Positions 8,680-17,621 of a DNA stretch of 49,354 nt are shown here, piece by piece; positions within the stretch are counted from its first letter, which is position 1, and each line of letters begins with the position of its first letter. Below the pieces are notes generated by a model. The model had not been told where the DNA came from, made no database searches, and worked only from the letters and a program-made list of their open reading frames with translations. This stretch comes from a bacterium (GTDB taxonomy: Bacteria; Chloroflexota; Limnocylindria; Limnocylindrales; Limnocylindraceae). The position numbers and the translations under genes were made by a program. The DNA lies in contig JBAXLC010000001.1 in the NCBI GenBank assembly GCA_037135015.1, forward strand, positions 1-49,354. The letters run 5' to 3'.

Positions 8680-9830
8680 GCCGTCACGCTGCTGCCCTGT
8701 GGGCCCCGCTGGATCTCGCGCGAGGTCGCCCGTGCTACAAGCCCAGGTGCGAGGTCTTCCAGCGCAGTCGCTGTGATGATGCTTTGGGGTAGCGCGGCGA
8801 TGCGCGCCACCAAGTGTTCGCGGCGTTGCGGGTCAAGCTCGGAGAACGCATCGTCGAGTAAGAGGGCTGGCGGGTGGCCGTGCTCGTCGGTGAGCAGCGT
8901 GATCTCAGCGAAAAGGAGCGCGAGAAGGAGGCTGCGCTGCTGCCCACGTGACGCTGTTGGGGCGATGTCACTCCCGCCAACGTGGAAGGCGATATCGTCG
9001 CGGTGTGGGCCGACCAGTGTGTATCCCTGATAGCCCTCTGTCTCCGCGGTCTGGTCGAATGATTGCGCAAGGCGCGCCGCGCATTCGCTCGCGGATTCAT
9101 CATGGCGGTACTCCTCGCGCGACAGATAGTGCGTTTCAAGGTCCGCCTCGCTCGGCGCAACCTCGCTATGTGTTGCCGAAAGCACTGGGGCGAGCGCCGC
9201 GAGAAGAGCGAGGCGGCCGGCGACCACCTCTGAGCCGGTGGTGATCAACATCTCGGTCCATGGGCGCATCTCGCTCGCGATAGCACGGCGCGCGGCGCCG
9301 TCGACTTCCAGCGCGTCTTTCAGCAAACGGTTGCGCTGACGAAGCGCGCGTTCGTAGCGCGTTAGGGTCGCCTCGTACCCGCGCTGCCACTGCGACGCAA
9401 CGCGGTCGAGCAGCCCCCGGCGCACCGCTGGCGCGCCAACAACGAGGCCGGTCTCTTCTGGTACGAATGCCGCAACGCGCAGCCGCTGCCCGAGCGCCGC
9501 TGTTGTGCGCGGGGTTCCGTTCAGCAGGTGCTTCGCTCGCCCGGCGCGAGAGATCTCTATGCCAAGCGTTGACTGCGCAAGTGTGTCCGTGGAGTCGGCT
9601 CCGTCATCGCGCACCGTAACCATTATCGACGCTTGGTTGCCGTCGCCGGCAATCACTTCGCGCAGTGCACCTGCGCGGTGCGAGCGGCCAGTCGCAGCGA
9701 TGATGCACGCCTCCAGGATTGTGGTTTTTCCCGCGCCGTTCTCACCCCAGAAGATGTGTGTCCCTGGTGTGAGCGCGACGCTGCCATCGGCCCAGCTGCG
9801 AACCTGGTGGAGTCGCACGCTCTCAATCAT
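8676..9830 (-). CDS. recF: DNA replication and repair protein RecF
   Basis: Walker A GENGAGKTTILEA near the N-terminus, the SMC-like signature SRGQQRSLLLAL, and LLLDDAFSELD. Sits in the dnaN-recF synteny. Confidence 0.95.
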   Translation of the reverse strand: MIESVRLHQVRSWADGSVALTPGTHIFWGENGAGKTTILEACIIAATGRSHRAGALREVIAGDGNQASIMVTVRDDGADSTDTLAQSTLGIEISRAGRAKHLLNGTPRTTAALGQRLRVAAFVPEETGLVVGAPAVRRGLLDRVASQWQRGYEATLTRYERALRQRNRLLKDALEVDGAARRAIASEMRPWTEMLITTGSEVVAGRLALLAALAPVLSATHSEVAPSEADLETHYLSREEYRHDESASECAARLAQSFDQTAETEGYQGYTLVGPHRDDIAFHVGGSDIAPTASRGQQRSLLLALLFAEITLLTDEHGHPPALLLDDAFSELDPQRREHLVARIAALPQSIITATALEDLAPGLVARATSREIQRGPQGSSVTA

Positions 9831-9861
9831 TGCTGCGCCGCGCGTTCGCGAGCGGTGCGGA

Positions 9862-10977
9862 TCAGGAGGGTGTGCGCACCGGCATCACAACGTGCAGGTA
9901 GTCGCGACCGTCAAGCGGGCGAAGCAACCCGGGTGCGACAGGGCCGGTGAGCTCGAGTGAGAATTGATCGGCCTCAACGCGCGAGAGCACATCAACGAGG
10001 TACTTCGCGTTGAATGCGATCGTTGTCCCCTCGCCTTCGACCTTCGCCTCAATGTGCGCTGCGTGGTCGCCAACGTCTGCTGCTGCCGTGATGTCGATCG
10101 CGCCGCCGCCGGTGGTGGTGATGGCGAAGCGCACGATGTGCGCAGACGCGTCAGCAACAACCTGTGCCAGCTTTACTGCGGAGAGGAAGCTGTCTCGATC
10201 AAGCGTCACCTTGGTGGTGTGGCTTGTTGGAACCACCTGCTGAAAGTTTGGGAACTGGCCTTCGATCAGACGGCTCACCAGCATGGTGTCGCCGAGCTTG
10301 AACTGCAGCTGGTTCTTCGTTGGGGTGAAGGTGATCTCGACTAGATCCTCAACGTCGGAGAGGAGGCGAAGAAGCTCGGCATACGACCGAGCAGGCACGA
10401 TAAGGCTTGTCTCCAGTGCCGCCTCTGCAAGCGGTGCGCCGGCAACAGCGATGCGGTAGTTGTCGGCGGCGGCGAATGTCGCCTTCTCGCCAGTGAACTT
10501 TGTCAGCACGCCGGTAAGGATTGGTCGCGCCTCGTCGCCAGCGGCGGCGAACACGGTTGACTCAAGCGCAGCCTTCAGCGCTTTCTGTGTGATGCGCGCT
10601 GTTGGTCGCTCTCCGGCGGCGCCCACTGGTGGGTAATCATCAGCGGGTGTGGCGCGGAGGTGTGAGGCGTTTCGCCCGCACTTGATCTGCGCGCGGCCGT
10701 CAGCGAGGAGTGAGAGGTCGATCTTCTCGTTTGGTAGGCCGTTCACGACGTCGGCGAGTAGCCGTGCCGGAATGGTGGTGGAGCCTTTCTCTTCAACCTT
10801 CGCTGGAACCCAGTGGGTGATCGCAATGTCGAGGTTGGTGGCGACAAGGCGAAGCCCGCCGTCCTCGGTGCCGAGGTAGACGTTCGACAGGATCGGCAGG
10901 GTGTTGCGGGTCGCCACAGCATGGCCAACGGTGGCGAGGCCGCGGGCGAGGTGGTCCTGGATTACCGAGAGCTTCAT
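9862..10977 (-). CDS. dnaN: DNA polymerase III beta sliding clamp
   Basis: MKLSVIQDHLARGL...ILSNVYL matches the DnaN N-terminus over full length. ATG 10977 is preceded by GGAGGA; the track start at 10989 is likely too long. Confidence 0.95.
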   Translation of the reverse strand: MKLSVIQDHLARGLATVGHAVATRNTLPILSNVYLGTEDGGLRLVATNLDIAITHWVPAKVEEKGSTTIPARLLADVVNGLPNEKIDLSLLADGRAQIKCGRNASHLRATPADDYPPVGAAGERPTARITQKALKAALESTVFAAAGDEARPILTGVLTKFTGEKATFAAADNYRIAVAGAPLAEAALETSLIVPARSYAELLRLLSDVEDLVEITFTPTKNQLQFKLGDTMLVSRLIEGQFPNFQQVVPTSHTTKVTLDRDSFLSAVKLAQVVADASAHIVRFAITTTGGGAIDITAAADVGDHAAHIEAKVEGEGTTIAFNAKYLVDVLSRVEADQFSLELTGPVAPGLLRPLDGRDYLHVVMPVRTPS

Positions 10978-10989
10978 CTGTTCCTCCAC

Positions 10990-11290
10990 ATATAGGTTCC
11001 CTCTCTAGGGTAATAGTGTCTTAGTTGTTTTATCTCGTCATCACCGTATTCGTACTGTGGGCAGCGTGGAGAGCCGTGCTCACCTTCGCACAAACTAGCC
11101 GTGGGAAGGACCCCTCCCTGCGTGGAGAACCCCCACCCGGGCTGCTCAAGACACCCCCATGGCTGGGGAGACCGTGCGGAGAACCACACCAGGTTACCCA
11201 CACCCCTCTTCACACCCCTCTCGAAAAACCCCCACAAAACCACACCTAGAGGGGTCTTATCCACGAGATGTCCACACCCCTAGGTACCAG
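10990..11290. promoter_or_regulatory. putative oriC (dnaA-dnaN spacer): DnaA-box cluster plus AT-rich tract
   Basis: Box-like 9-mers on the + strand: AGAACCACA 11180-11188, TTACCCACA 11194-11202, AAAACCACA 11236-11244, TTATCCACG 11257-11265, ATGTCCACA 11268-11276. Inverted: TGTGGGCAG 11056-11064, CGTGGAGAG 11065-11073, CGTGGAGAA 11121-11129. An AT-rich stretch at 10990-11055 abuts dnaN. Confidence 0.6.
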
Positions 11291-12718
11291 CTATGGGCGG
11301 GCGGCAACCCCTTGGCCAAGGCGAAGAAGGGCTTCGCGCAGCAAGGCAACCTCTCGGCGCAGCTCGCCGTCGTAGCTCATCTCCCGTTCGATCTTGGTGC
11401 AGGCATGAATGATGGTGGAGTGGTCGCGCCCACCCAAGGCGGCCCCGATGCGCACGAGCGAGGCGTCAGTCTCTTCGCGGGAGAGGTATGCCGCGATCTG
11501 TCGCGGGGTCACGATCTCCCGGTCACGCTTTGGGCCACGGAGCTGCTCAACCGTCAGGCTGAAGTGCTCGGCAACAGTGGCGACAACCTGCTCCGGCTCA
11601 AGGATGCGCTTCGGGTTTGGGTAGACAGCCTCGTTGAGCACGCGCGCAGCGAGTTCCATCGTGACCGGCATGCCACTGAGTCGGCCGACAGCGACGAGTC
11701 GCGTCAGCGCGCCCTCGAGCTCGCGGACGTTGCTCTGCACGCGTCGCGCAACCTGCTCAACAACATCGTTGGCAACGATGACGCCACTCTCTTCCGCCTT
11801 CGCGCGCAAGATTGCAATGCGCGTCTCAAGGTCTGGCGATGAGATGTCGGCGATGAGGCCCCACTCAAACCGTGAGCGAAGCCGCTCCTCGAGCAACGAA
11901 ATCTCTTTCGGCGTGCGATCCGACGTCAACACGATCTGCTTCCCAGCGGAGTGCAGCGCGTTGAACGTGTGGAAGAACTCTTCCTGCGTACGCTCCTTAT
12001 CCGCGAGGAACTGAATGTCATCGATGAGCAACACGTCGATCTTGCGGAAGCGTGAACGGAACGCTTCTGCGCCGCTCTGCTGAATGCTGGTGATGAACTC
12101 ATTGGTAAACGCTTCGCCGGTGATGTAGAGCACCTGGCGCTTCGGCGAGCGCTCAGCAACCGCATTGCCAATGGCGTGCAACAAGTGCGTCTTGCCGAGG
12201 CCGGTGCCGCCGTACAAGAAAAGTGGATTGTATGCACCACCAGGTCGCTCGGAAACGGAGAGCGATGCTGCATGCGCGAGACGATTTGCTGCGCCAACAA
12301 CGTATGTCGCAAATGTGTAGCGAGCATTCAAGTTCGTTGTGCGCGTTGGCGCATCGCGATCAATGATGCGCACGCTCTCTTGTGGTGCGGTGACACGTGG
12401 TGCCGTGTCGGCAGCGGCGACGCCCTTCCCCTTGGCGGCGAGTGCGCCGTGTGCGTCGAGCTCTGCGTCACTCACTACTTCAACAGAGAGCGTGACGCTA
12501 TAGCCAACAACCTTTGCCAACGTTTGTGCGATCAAGGAGCGATAGCGCTCGTCAACCCAATCTTTTGCGAAACCGGATTGGACGCCGAGAACAAAGGTGG
12601 CAGACGACTCGTCGACACGAAGGAGTGCGGTGCGACGGAACCAGGTCTCAAAGGTGGCCTGCGAAAGGCTGATCTCCAGCTCTCCGAGGACTGCGCGCCA
12701 GACCTGTCGTCGATCCAT
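11291..12718 (-). CDS. dnaA: chromosomal replication initiator DnaA
   Basis: YNPLFLYGGTGLGKTHLLHAIGN (Walker A), LLIDDIQFL, and the C-terminal box-binding region IAAYLSRE...IGAALGGRDHSTIIHA. ATG 12718 (MDRRQVWRAVLGEL) preferred; the open frame extends to 12814. Confidence 0.95.
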   Translation of the reverse strand: MDRRQVWRAVLGELEISLSQATFETWFRRTALLRVDESSATFVLGVQSGFAKDWVDERYRSLIAQTLAKVVGYSVTLSVEVVSDAELDAHGALAAKGKGVAAADTAPRVTAPQESVRIIDRDAPTRTTNLNARYTFATYVVGAANRLAHAASLSVSERPGGAYNPLFLYGGTGLGKTHLLHAIGNAVAERSPKRQVLYITGEAFTNEFITSIQQSGAEAFRSRFRKIDVLLIDDIQFLADKERTQEEFFHTFNALHSAGKQIVLTSDRTPKEISLLEERLRSRFEWGLIADISSPDLETRIAILRAKAEESGVIVANDVVEQVARRVQSNVRELEGALTRLVAVGRLSGMPVTMELAARVLNEAVYPNPKRILEPEQVVATVAEHFSLTVEQLRGPKRDREIVTPRQIAAYLSREETDASLVRIGAALGGRDHSTIIHACTKIEREMSYDGELRREVALLREALLRLGQGVAARP

Positions 12719-12916
12719 TCCGCAGCGCCCCCCTTTGTTCCGTTGGTGTGCGCCACCAACACTGCGGCAGAAGGGCGGGGTCGCCGAGGAGTCGGCGGTA
12801 CCACCCTGGTGCAAGATTGAGTCTGTGCTGACCGGCTTACGCCAGCCCCTCCCACAGCCCCGGAAAAGAGACCAACCGACGGTGTGATGTCGTTCGGGCC
12901 CTTTGTGGGGAGGCGG

Positions 12917-12944
12917 AGAATAGCACCCGCGGCGCTTCCTGCAA
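12917..12944 (-). promoter_or_regulatory. candidate dnaA promoter
   Basis: On the minus strand: TTGCAG (12944-12939), 16-nt spacer, TATTCT (12922-12917). The DnaA-box-like CCTCCCCACA (12913-12904) lies at the predicted start site. Confidence 0.3.
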
Positions 12945-13014
12945 GCCCAGGCTCACCCCGATTTTGGATACCCCCTAGGGGTATCTGGCTAAATCCCCGT
13001 TACAGGGGTCGGAA

Positions 13015-13044
13015 TTGACACCGCCGCCTGCGAGGAACGATACT
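13015..13044 (+). promoter_or_regulatory. candidate rpmH operon promoter
   Basis: TTGACA 13015-13020, 18-nt spacer, GATACT 13039-13044, about 115 nt upstream of the rpmH ATG. Confidence 0.35.
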
Positions 13045-13161
13045 TCCCCTCTCAGAACCGCCCTCTTCGCGGCCTGAGTAAAAACCAGGAAGAACCCCTC
13101 GGGGGCCACCGCCGACGACGGCAACCGTGGCGCTTGAGACCACCGGATCGGAGCGATACCA

Positions 13162-13296
13162 ATGAAGCGAACGTATCAGCCGAAGAAGCGCCAGCGGTTC
13201 CGCGAGCACGGATTCCGTAAGCGCATGTCGACAACGTCCGGCCGCCGGGTTCTTGCCCGACGCCGCGCACGCGGTCGCAAGCGCCTCACCGTCTGA
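13162..13296 (+). CDS. rpmH: 50S ribosomal protein L34
   Basis: My own translation gives [44 protein letters not shown] (44 aa, too short for the ORF track). This is the canonical L34 sequence, upstream of rnpA. Confidence 0.95.
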   Translation: MKRTYQPKKRQRFREHGFRKRMSTTSGRRVLARRRARGRKRLTV

Positions 13297-13331
13297 TCAA
13301 GGCGGCGCGTACGCGCCCCAGGAGCATCGAC

Positions 13332-13670
13332 ATGTTGCGCACACCCTCTGACTTCGCCGCGTTAAGCGCCGCACCCGGCGTTACCACGCCGCTGCTCGGC
13401 GTCCGTCATCGCACCGTTGCGGCCACCGAGTCCACACCGTCGCTTCGCCTCGGCATCGCAACGAGCCGCAAGGTAGGGAACGCTGTAGTGCGTAATCGCA
13501 TTCGCCGCCGACTGAAGAGCATCGCGCGCGAGCTTGCACCACAGGTGCGCCCCGGCGCAGAGATCCTGATCGGCGTTCGCACCGCGGCAAGCACCGCATC
13601 GAGCGCAGAGCTGCGCGCCGCGCTCACCGACTGCCTACGTCGCGCTCGACTCGTTGAGGTTTCAGCATGA
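13332..13670 (+). CDS. rnpA: ribonuclease P protein component
   Basis: 112 aa. [31 protein letters not shown] is the RnpA RNR motif. Sits in the rpmH-rnpA-yidD-yidC synteny. Confidence 0.9.
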   Translation: MLRTPSDFAALSAAPGVTTPLLGVRHRTVAATESTPSLRLGIATSRKVGNAVVRNRIRRRLKSIARELAPQVRPGAEILIGVRTAASTASSAELRAALTDCLRRARLVEVSA

Positions 13671-13903
13671 GCGCCCTGCGTCGCGTAGCGAATCTCCCAG
13701 CGGTTGCTGGAACACTACTAATCAAGGCGTACCGCGTGTTGTTCTTTTGGCTCCCGTCGAGCTGCCGCTTCGAGCCGAGCTGCTCGCGCTACACAGAGGA
13801 GGCGATCGTGAAGTACGGACTACTCAAGGGTTCATGGATGGGGGCCAAGCGCATTGCGCGCTGTTCCCCACTCAACGCTGGCGGACTGGACCCGGTCCGA
13901 TGA
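13667..13903 (+). CDS. yidD: membrane protein insertion efficiency factor YidD
   Basis: [31 protein letters not shown]...[16 protein letters not shown] is the YidD signature. ATGA overlap with the rnpA stop. Confidence 0.9.
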   Translation: MSALRRVANLPAVAGTLLIKAYRVLFFWLPSSCRFEPSCSRYTEEAIVKYGLLKGSWMGAKRIARCSPLNAGGLDPVR

Positions 13904-15036
13904 GCCGCCGCACGCTGAAGGTCTTCGCACTGCTTGGTTTCGCGCTGCTCCTGGTTGCTGCATGCGGCGGCGCCGGCGCAACGGCGAGCGTGAGCCCAAC
14001 ACCACACCCACCGCTTGTTCCTGCTGCGCCAGGTGCCGATCCGTTCAGCCTGCTCGCCTGGATCTTCACGCCAATCTTCCAGGCACTCTTCATCGGCCTT
14101 GTGCTGCTCGATCGCCTGACTGGCGATATCGGCGTTTCTATTTTGATCCTGACACTCATCATCCGCGTCATCCTGATCTCGCCATATCGCAAGCAGCTGG
14201 TGTCGCAGAAGCGCACGCAACTCCTTGCGCCAGAGGTAGCTGAGATTCAGCGCCGCTACAAGGGCGACAAGGTCAAGATCCAGCAGGCACAGATGGAGCT
14301 GTACAAGTCGCGTGGTGTCAGCCCGTTCGGCGGCTGCCTCCCAACGCTCCTGCAGTTCATCGTGCTGATTCCGATGTACACCGTGATCTCCAACGGCCTC
14401 ACGAACCCAGACCCTACGGCCATGTTGAGCGTCTTCGGATTCAACGTTGGTGACGCGGCTGGGCTGGTGTGCGCAAACGGCCTTGGCACCGCGGCGTACG
14501 ACAACATGAGGCCATGCATTGAAGCAACGGTGCCATGGCTCGGTGGCCTTAACGCATCGAAGCCGTCTGTGATTGACATCGCAGGGTTCGGCGTTTCGAT
14601 CCTCGCAATCATCAGCGCACTGCTCCAGGTTGTTCAGACCCGCATGACGATCAATCCGAATGCATCGAAGAACGATCCAATGTCAGGCGCACAGGGTCAG
14701 ACCATGGTGCTCCTGCCACTCATCTCGGTACTGTACGGCGGGATCCTTCCTGCCGGCCTGTTCATCTACTGGATCTCGTCCACGCTGTTCTCGGTTGTTC
14801 AGCAGTACTTGATCCTCGGTTTCGGTGGGCTCTTCCCGCTCTTCGGCTGGACGCCCGCCTTTGCCGTTAACCATGCCCCGCGTTTCCCAGTGGCAATGCC
14901 GGAATCAATTCCGGATGTTGCTGGGGAAGTTGTGGCACCACATGAGCGAACGGAGCTTGACCGCGCCGCATCAGCGGCCGCCACGATCCGTTCGGCGAAG
15001 AAGCGCGACCGACATGGTCGACGAGGGAGTAAGTAA
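13900..15036 (+). CDS. yidC: membrane protein insertase YidC (lipoprotein type)
   Basis: ATG 13900 overlaps the yidD stop (ATGA). Lipobox LLLVAAC-GG. YidC/Oxa1 core [26 protein letters not shown]...[16 protein letters not shown]. The track start at 13654 is a spurious upstream extension. Confidence 0.92.
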   Translation: MSRRTLKVFALLGFALLLVAACGGAGATASVSPTPHPPLVPAAPGADPFSLLAWIFTPIFQALFIGLVLLDRLTGDIGVSILILTLIIRVILISPYRKQLVSQKRTQLLAPEVAEIQRRYKGDKVKIQQAQMELYKSRGVSPFGGCLPTLLQFIVLIPMYTVISNGLTNPDPTAMLSVFGFNVGDAAGLVCANGLGTAAYDNMRPCIEATVPWLGGLNASKPSVIDIAGFGVSILAIISALLQVVQTRMTINPNASKNDPMSGAQGQTMVLLPLISVLYGGILPAGLFIYWISSTLFSVVQQYLILGFGGLFPLFGWTPAFAVNHAPRFPVAMPESIPDVAGEVVAPHERTELDRAASAAATIRSAKKRDRHGRRGSK

Positions 15037-15944
15037 TGGCGAACGAGAGCGCATATCAGGAGTTCACTGGGAAGAGCGTTGAAGAGGCACTCAAGGGTGC
15101 CTGCGAGGCGTTCAAGGTTGGCATCGGCGATCTCGATTTTGAGATCATTGCCCCAGGGTCGCGCGGCGTGCTCGGCATGGGGGCTGAGCCTGCCCGCATC
15201 GTTGCTGCGCCAATCAGCGCACTCGGCGGTGCCGCTCCGAAGCGTGCCGGCGAGTCAAGCCGCCCAGCACCAGCGCCAGCGCCCGTTCGCGAAGAGCGTG
15301 CGCCACGCCCAGCACCACGCAACGATGCACCAGTAGCGCGAGCCGCTGCACCGCAAGCTGCAGCACGCCCTGCGCCGCGCGGCGATCGCGCCCCACGACC
15401 TGAGCGTGCACCGCGCCCTGAGCGCGCGCCACGCGAGGATCGTGAGCCACGAGAGCGACGCGAGCGCAGCGAGACAACGCCAGAGATGATCAGCGGCGGC
15501 AAGGAGATCCTTGAGACGCTGGTGAAGCACCTCGGCTTCGAAGCGGAAGTGCGCACCACTGGAACGGGCGCTGACACCGTGTTGAACGTTGCTGGCACCT
15601 CACCAGAGGCGGTCGATGAGTTGAATAACCTGATCGGCGGTCGCGGTGAGCGACTCCAGGCGATTCAGCACTTAGTCAACCTGATGCTCAGCCGCAAGAT
15701 GGGCGAGTGGGCACGCGTCACCGTTGACATCGAAGAGTATCGAGGTCGACGTGAGGCACAGCTCCGTGCACTTGCACGCAAGGCGGCAGACCGCGTCAAG
15801 GAGACCGGCCGCGCCGTGCAGCTGGAGCCAATGACGGCACTCGAGCGCCGCTGGATTCACGTTGAGCTTCAGGAGATGGATGGCATTGCGACCGAGTCGG
15901 CGGGCGAAGAGCCAGAGCGCCGCGTCGTCGTTATTCCAGCCTGA
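15036..15944 (+). CDS. jag: Jag/KhpB RNA-binding protein (Jag_N, KH, R3H) with an Arg/Pro/Glu-rich insert
   Basis: Position after yidC. N-terminal FTGKSVEEALKGACEAF, and a C-terminal R3H-type LEPMTALERRWIHVELQEMDGIATESAGEEPERRVVV. Confidence 0.88.
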   Translation: MANESAYQEFTGKSVEEALKGACEAFKVGIGDLDFEIIAPGSRGVLGMGAEPARIVAAPISALGGAAPKRAGESSRPAPAPAPVREERAPRPAPRNDAPVARAAAPQAAARPAPRGDRAPRPERAPRPERAPREDREPRERRERSETTPEMISGGKEILETLVKHLGFEAEVRTTGTGADTVLNVAGTSPEAVDELNNLIGGRGERLQAIQHLVNLMLSRKMGEWARVTVDIEEYRGRREAQLRALARKAADRVKETGRAVQLEPMTALERRWIHVELQEMDGIATESAGEEPERRVVVIPA

Positions 15945-15961
15945 TAACCCGCTCGGCCACC

Positions 15962-16516
15962 ATGCCGACAAAGGATCCAAAACGGGAGGCGCACTTCCCT
16001 GCAATTGAGAAGCGCTATGGCGAACCGATGAAACACTGGTTCGCTGTGATGCAGAACATTGCAGAGAGGCGCTACCCGGAACAGATCGCACACCTGCGAG
16101 AGAACTACGGGTTCTCACAAGCGCACGCTAACGCGTTGGTGATGTTCTCGCGAGGTTCAACAACAACACAGCGGCACGCAACACCGACTGCGTATTTCAA
16201 AACCATTGATGCGCAGCAGGCCCGGACGATGCGTGCGATCTTCAAAGTGGTGCGCACAAAGTACCCAGAGCTCGAGTTCGTAATCGCTTGGAATCAGCCA
16301 ATGCTGCGCAAGGGAACCGAGTATGTGCTCGGCGCATCAGCATCCACGAAGTACCTGTTGATTAACCCGTTCAGCAAAGCGGTGATCAATGAATTCGCTG
16401 CGAGATTAAAGGGGCTTCGCGTGCTGAAGCACACCATCACGATTCCCAACGACTGGGAGATTGACGAGAAGCTTCTGTTGGCAATGGCAAAGGCGCGCAT
16501 TGCGGAGATCGCATAG
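15962..16516 (+). CDS. DUF4287 plus DUF1801/YdhG-like domain protein
   Basis: N-terminal FPAIEKRYGEPMKHWFAVM...HLRENYGFSQAHANALV is DUF4287-like; the C-terminal half is YdhG-like. Sampled lines are ~52% GC, below the window average. Confidence 0.65.
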   Translation: MPTKDPKREAHFPAIEKRYGEPMKHWFAVMQNIAERRYPEQIAHLRENYGFSQAHANALVMFSRGSTTTQRHATPTAYFKTIDAQQARTMRAIFKVVRTKYPELEFVIAWNQPMLRKGTEYVLGASASTKYLLINPFSKAVINEFAARLKGLRVLKHTITIPNDWEIDEKLLLAMAKARIAEIA

Positions 16517-16545
16517 CGCGCGCCGACGGCGCGACGGGTGAGATT

Positions 16546-16921
16546 TGGTGGAGATGGAGGAGAGTCGAACTCCTCGTCCGAAAAGCCTTCCTTGAGACCA
16601 CTACGAGCGTGTCCTGCGGTTTAGTCTAAGTTGAGGCGCTCCCACAGGCCGGATCGACCCTCAACCGAGATACATGTCCCTAAATCGGGCTTACTTGATG
16701 ACTATGCGTCGCTCGTCATCACTGCAGCTTCGCTTTATGACGCTTCCACGACCCGCGAAGCGGGGGCCGCTTCCACGCTCACCTTACTGCCTTAGGCAGC
16801 GAGGGCGAGAGCAGGCTGGCGATTGCCAGTTACTTCTTTTTGCTACCGGTTTAACGAGGCCTGATAGCAACCTCGACTCGCGTTCCCAAGGTGCGGATCT
16901 CCGTCGAAACCACGCATCCCC
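16546..16921 (-). ncRNA. ssrA: transfer-messenger RNA (tmRNA, SsrA)
   Basis: Minus strand begins GGGGATGCGTGGTTTCGACGG and ends GAGGAGTTCGACTCTCCTCCATCTCCACCA. The acceptor stem has the G3:U wobble. Tag frame GGC AAT CGC CAG CCT GCT CTC GCC CTC GCT GCC TAA (16827-16792) gives GNRQPALALAA. Adjacent to smpB. Confidence 0.92.
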
Positions 16922-16971
16922 AAGGGGGGAATGATACCGCGCGTGTGGCGTGATTACTAGTACGAGCGAAA

Positions 16972-17490
16972 CTACTCGCCGCGCTTCCAGTCGCTGAGCT
17001 GGCGTTCGGCCTCGCGGCGCCCTTCGCGGTCGGCGATCGCGGCACGCTTATCGAAGGCCTTTTTCCCGCGCCCGAGGCCAATCTCGACCTTGCAGCGTCC
17101 GCGCGAAAGGTAGAGGCGCAGTGGGATCAACGTGAGGCCTTTGGTCTTGACCTTCGTGCCAATAGCGATGATCTCGGACTTATGGAGCAAGAGGCGCCGC
17201 ACCCGCTTTGGCTCGTGGTTCTGGCTGGCAGCACCGGGCCACTCGGCAATGTGCATACCGATCAAGCGACCCTCGCCCGCGTCGAGGCGCACGTAGGCGT
17301 CGCCAATGTCGGCCTTGCCGGCGCGAATCGACTTGATCTCGGTCCCGGAGAGCACGATGCCCGCCTCGTAGCGCTCCACGATCTCGTACTCATACGAAGC
17401 CTTGCGGTTCGAGGAGAGCGTGGTCCCCGAGGGGGGCGCCTTCTGCTTTGGGGCAGGGGAGGGCGCCGTCTTGACTGGTGTCTTAGCCAT
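16972..17490 (-). CDS. smpB: SsrA-binding protein SmpB
   Basis: NRKASYEYEI...YEAGIVLSGTEIKSIR...LLLHKSEI matches SmpB. ATG 17490 is preceded by AAGGAGGT with a 6-nt spacer; the track start at 17550 is too long. Confidence 0.93.
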   Translation of the reverse strand: MAKTPVKTAPSPAPKQKAPPSGTTLSSNRKASYEYEIVERYEAGIVLSGTEIKSIRAGKADIGDAYVRLDAGEGRLIGMHIAEWPGAASQNHEPKRVRRLLLHKSEIIAIGTKVKTKGLTLIPLRLYLSRGRCKVEIGLGRGKKAFDKRAAIADREGRREAERQLSDWKRGE

Positions 17491-17593
17491 GGCGGTACCT
17501 CCTTTCGAATCAGCTTGCCCGTACGGGCGCCCCTGTAGGGTACGCGCCAACCGTGGGCGAGCGCACTGCGGGGCGATCAGCGGGGGATACGAG

Positions 17594-17621
17594 AGAGCCC
17601 CGGCCCGAAGGCCAGGGCTCT
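17594..17621 (-). terminator. stable stem-loop (12-bp stem, UUCG loop on the minus strand), possible U-tract-less terminator after the S41 protease gene
   Basis: Minus strand AGAGCCCTGGCC-TTCG-GGCCGGGGCTCT with one G:U pair. No downstream T-run. Confidence 0.35.

Noticed and set aside
11025-11283. 60-96-aa ORFs on both strands inside the dnaA-dnaN spacer
   Set aside because: The region is better explained as oriC (box cluster plus AT-rich tract). The ORFs are Pro/Gly/His-rich and lack ribosome-binding sites.
13000-13270. 69-72-aa minus-strand ORFs in the dnaA-rpmH spacer, overlapping rpmH
   Set aside because: They run antisense to the canonical L34 gene and its promoter, with no RBS or motifs.
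13654-13899. Track N-terminal extensions of real genes (yidC from 13654, dnaA to 12814, smpB to 17550, dnaN to 10989, DUF1385 from 36951, rpmE from 36874, atpZ-like from 43592)
   Set aside because: The extensions overlap upstream genes in another frame or lack an RBS. Internal starts have SD sequences or ATGA/GTGA coupling and match orthologue N-termini.
16517-16545. Genomic-island integration at the tmRNA 3' end
   Set aside because: No integrase, no duplicated tmRNA 3' segment and no other island genes are visible. Only one lower-GC gene is adjacent. It is kept as a low-interest finding rather than called a mobile element.
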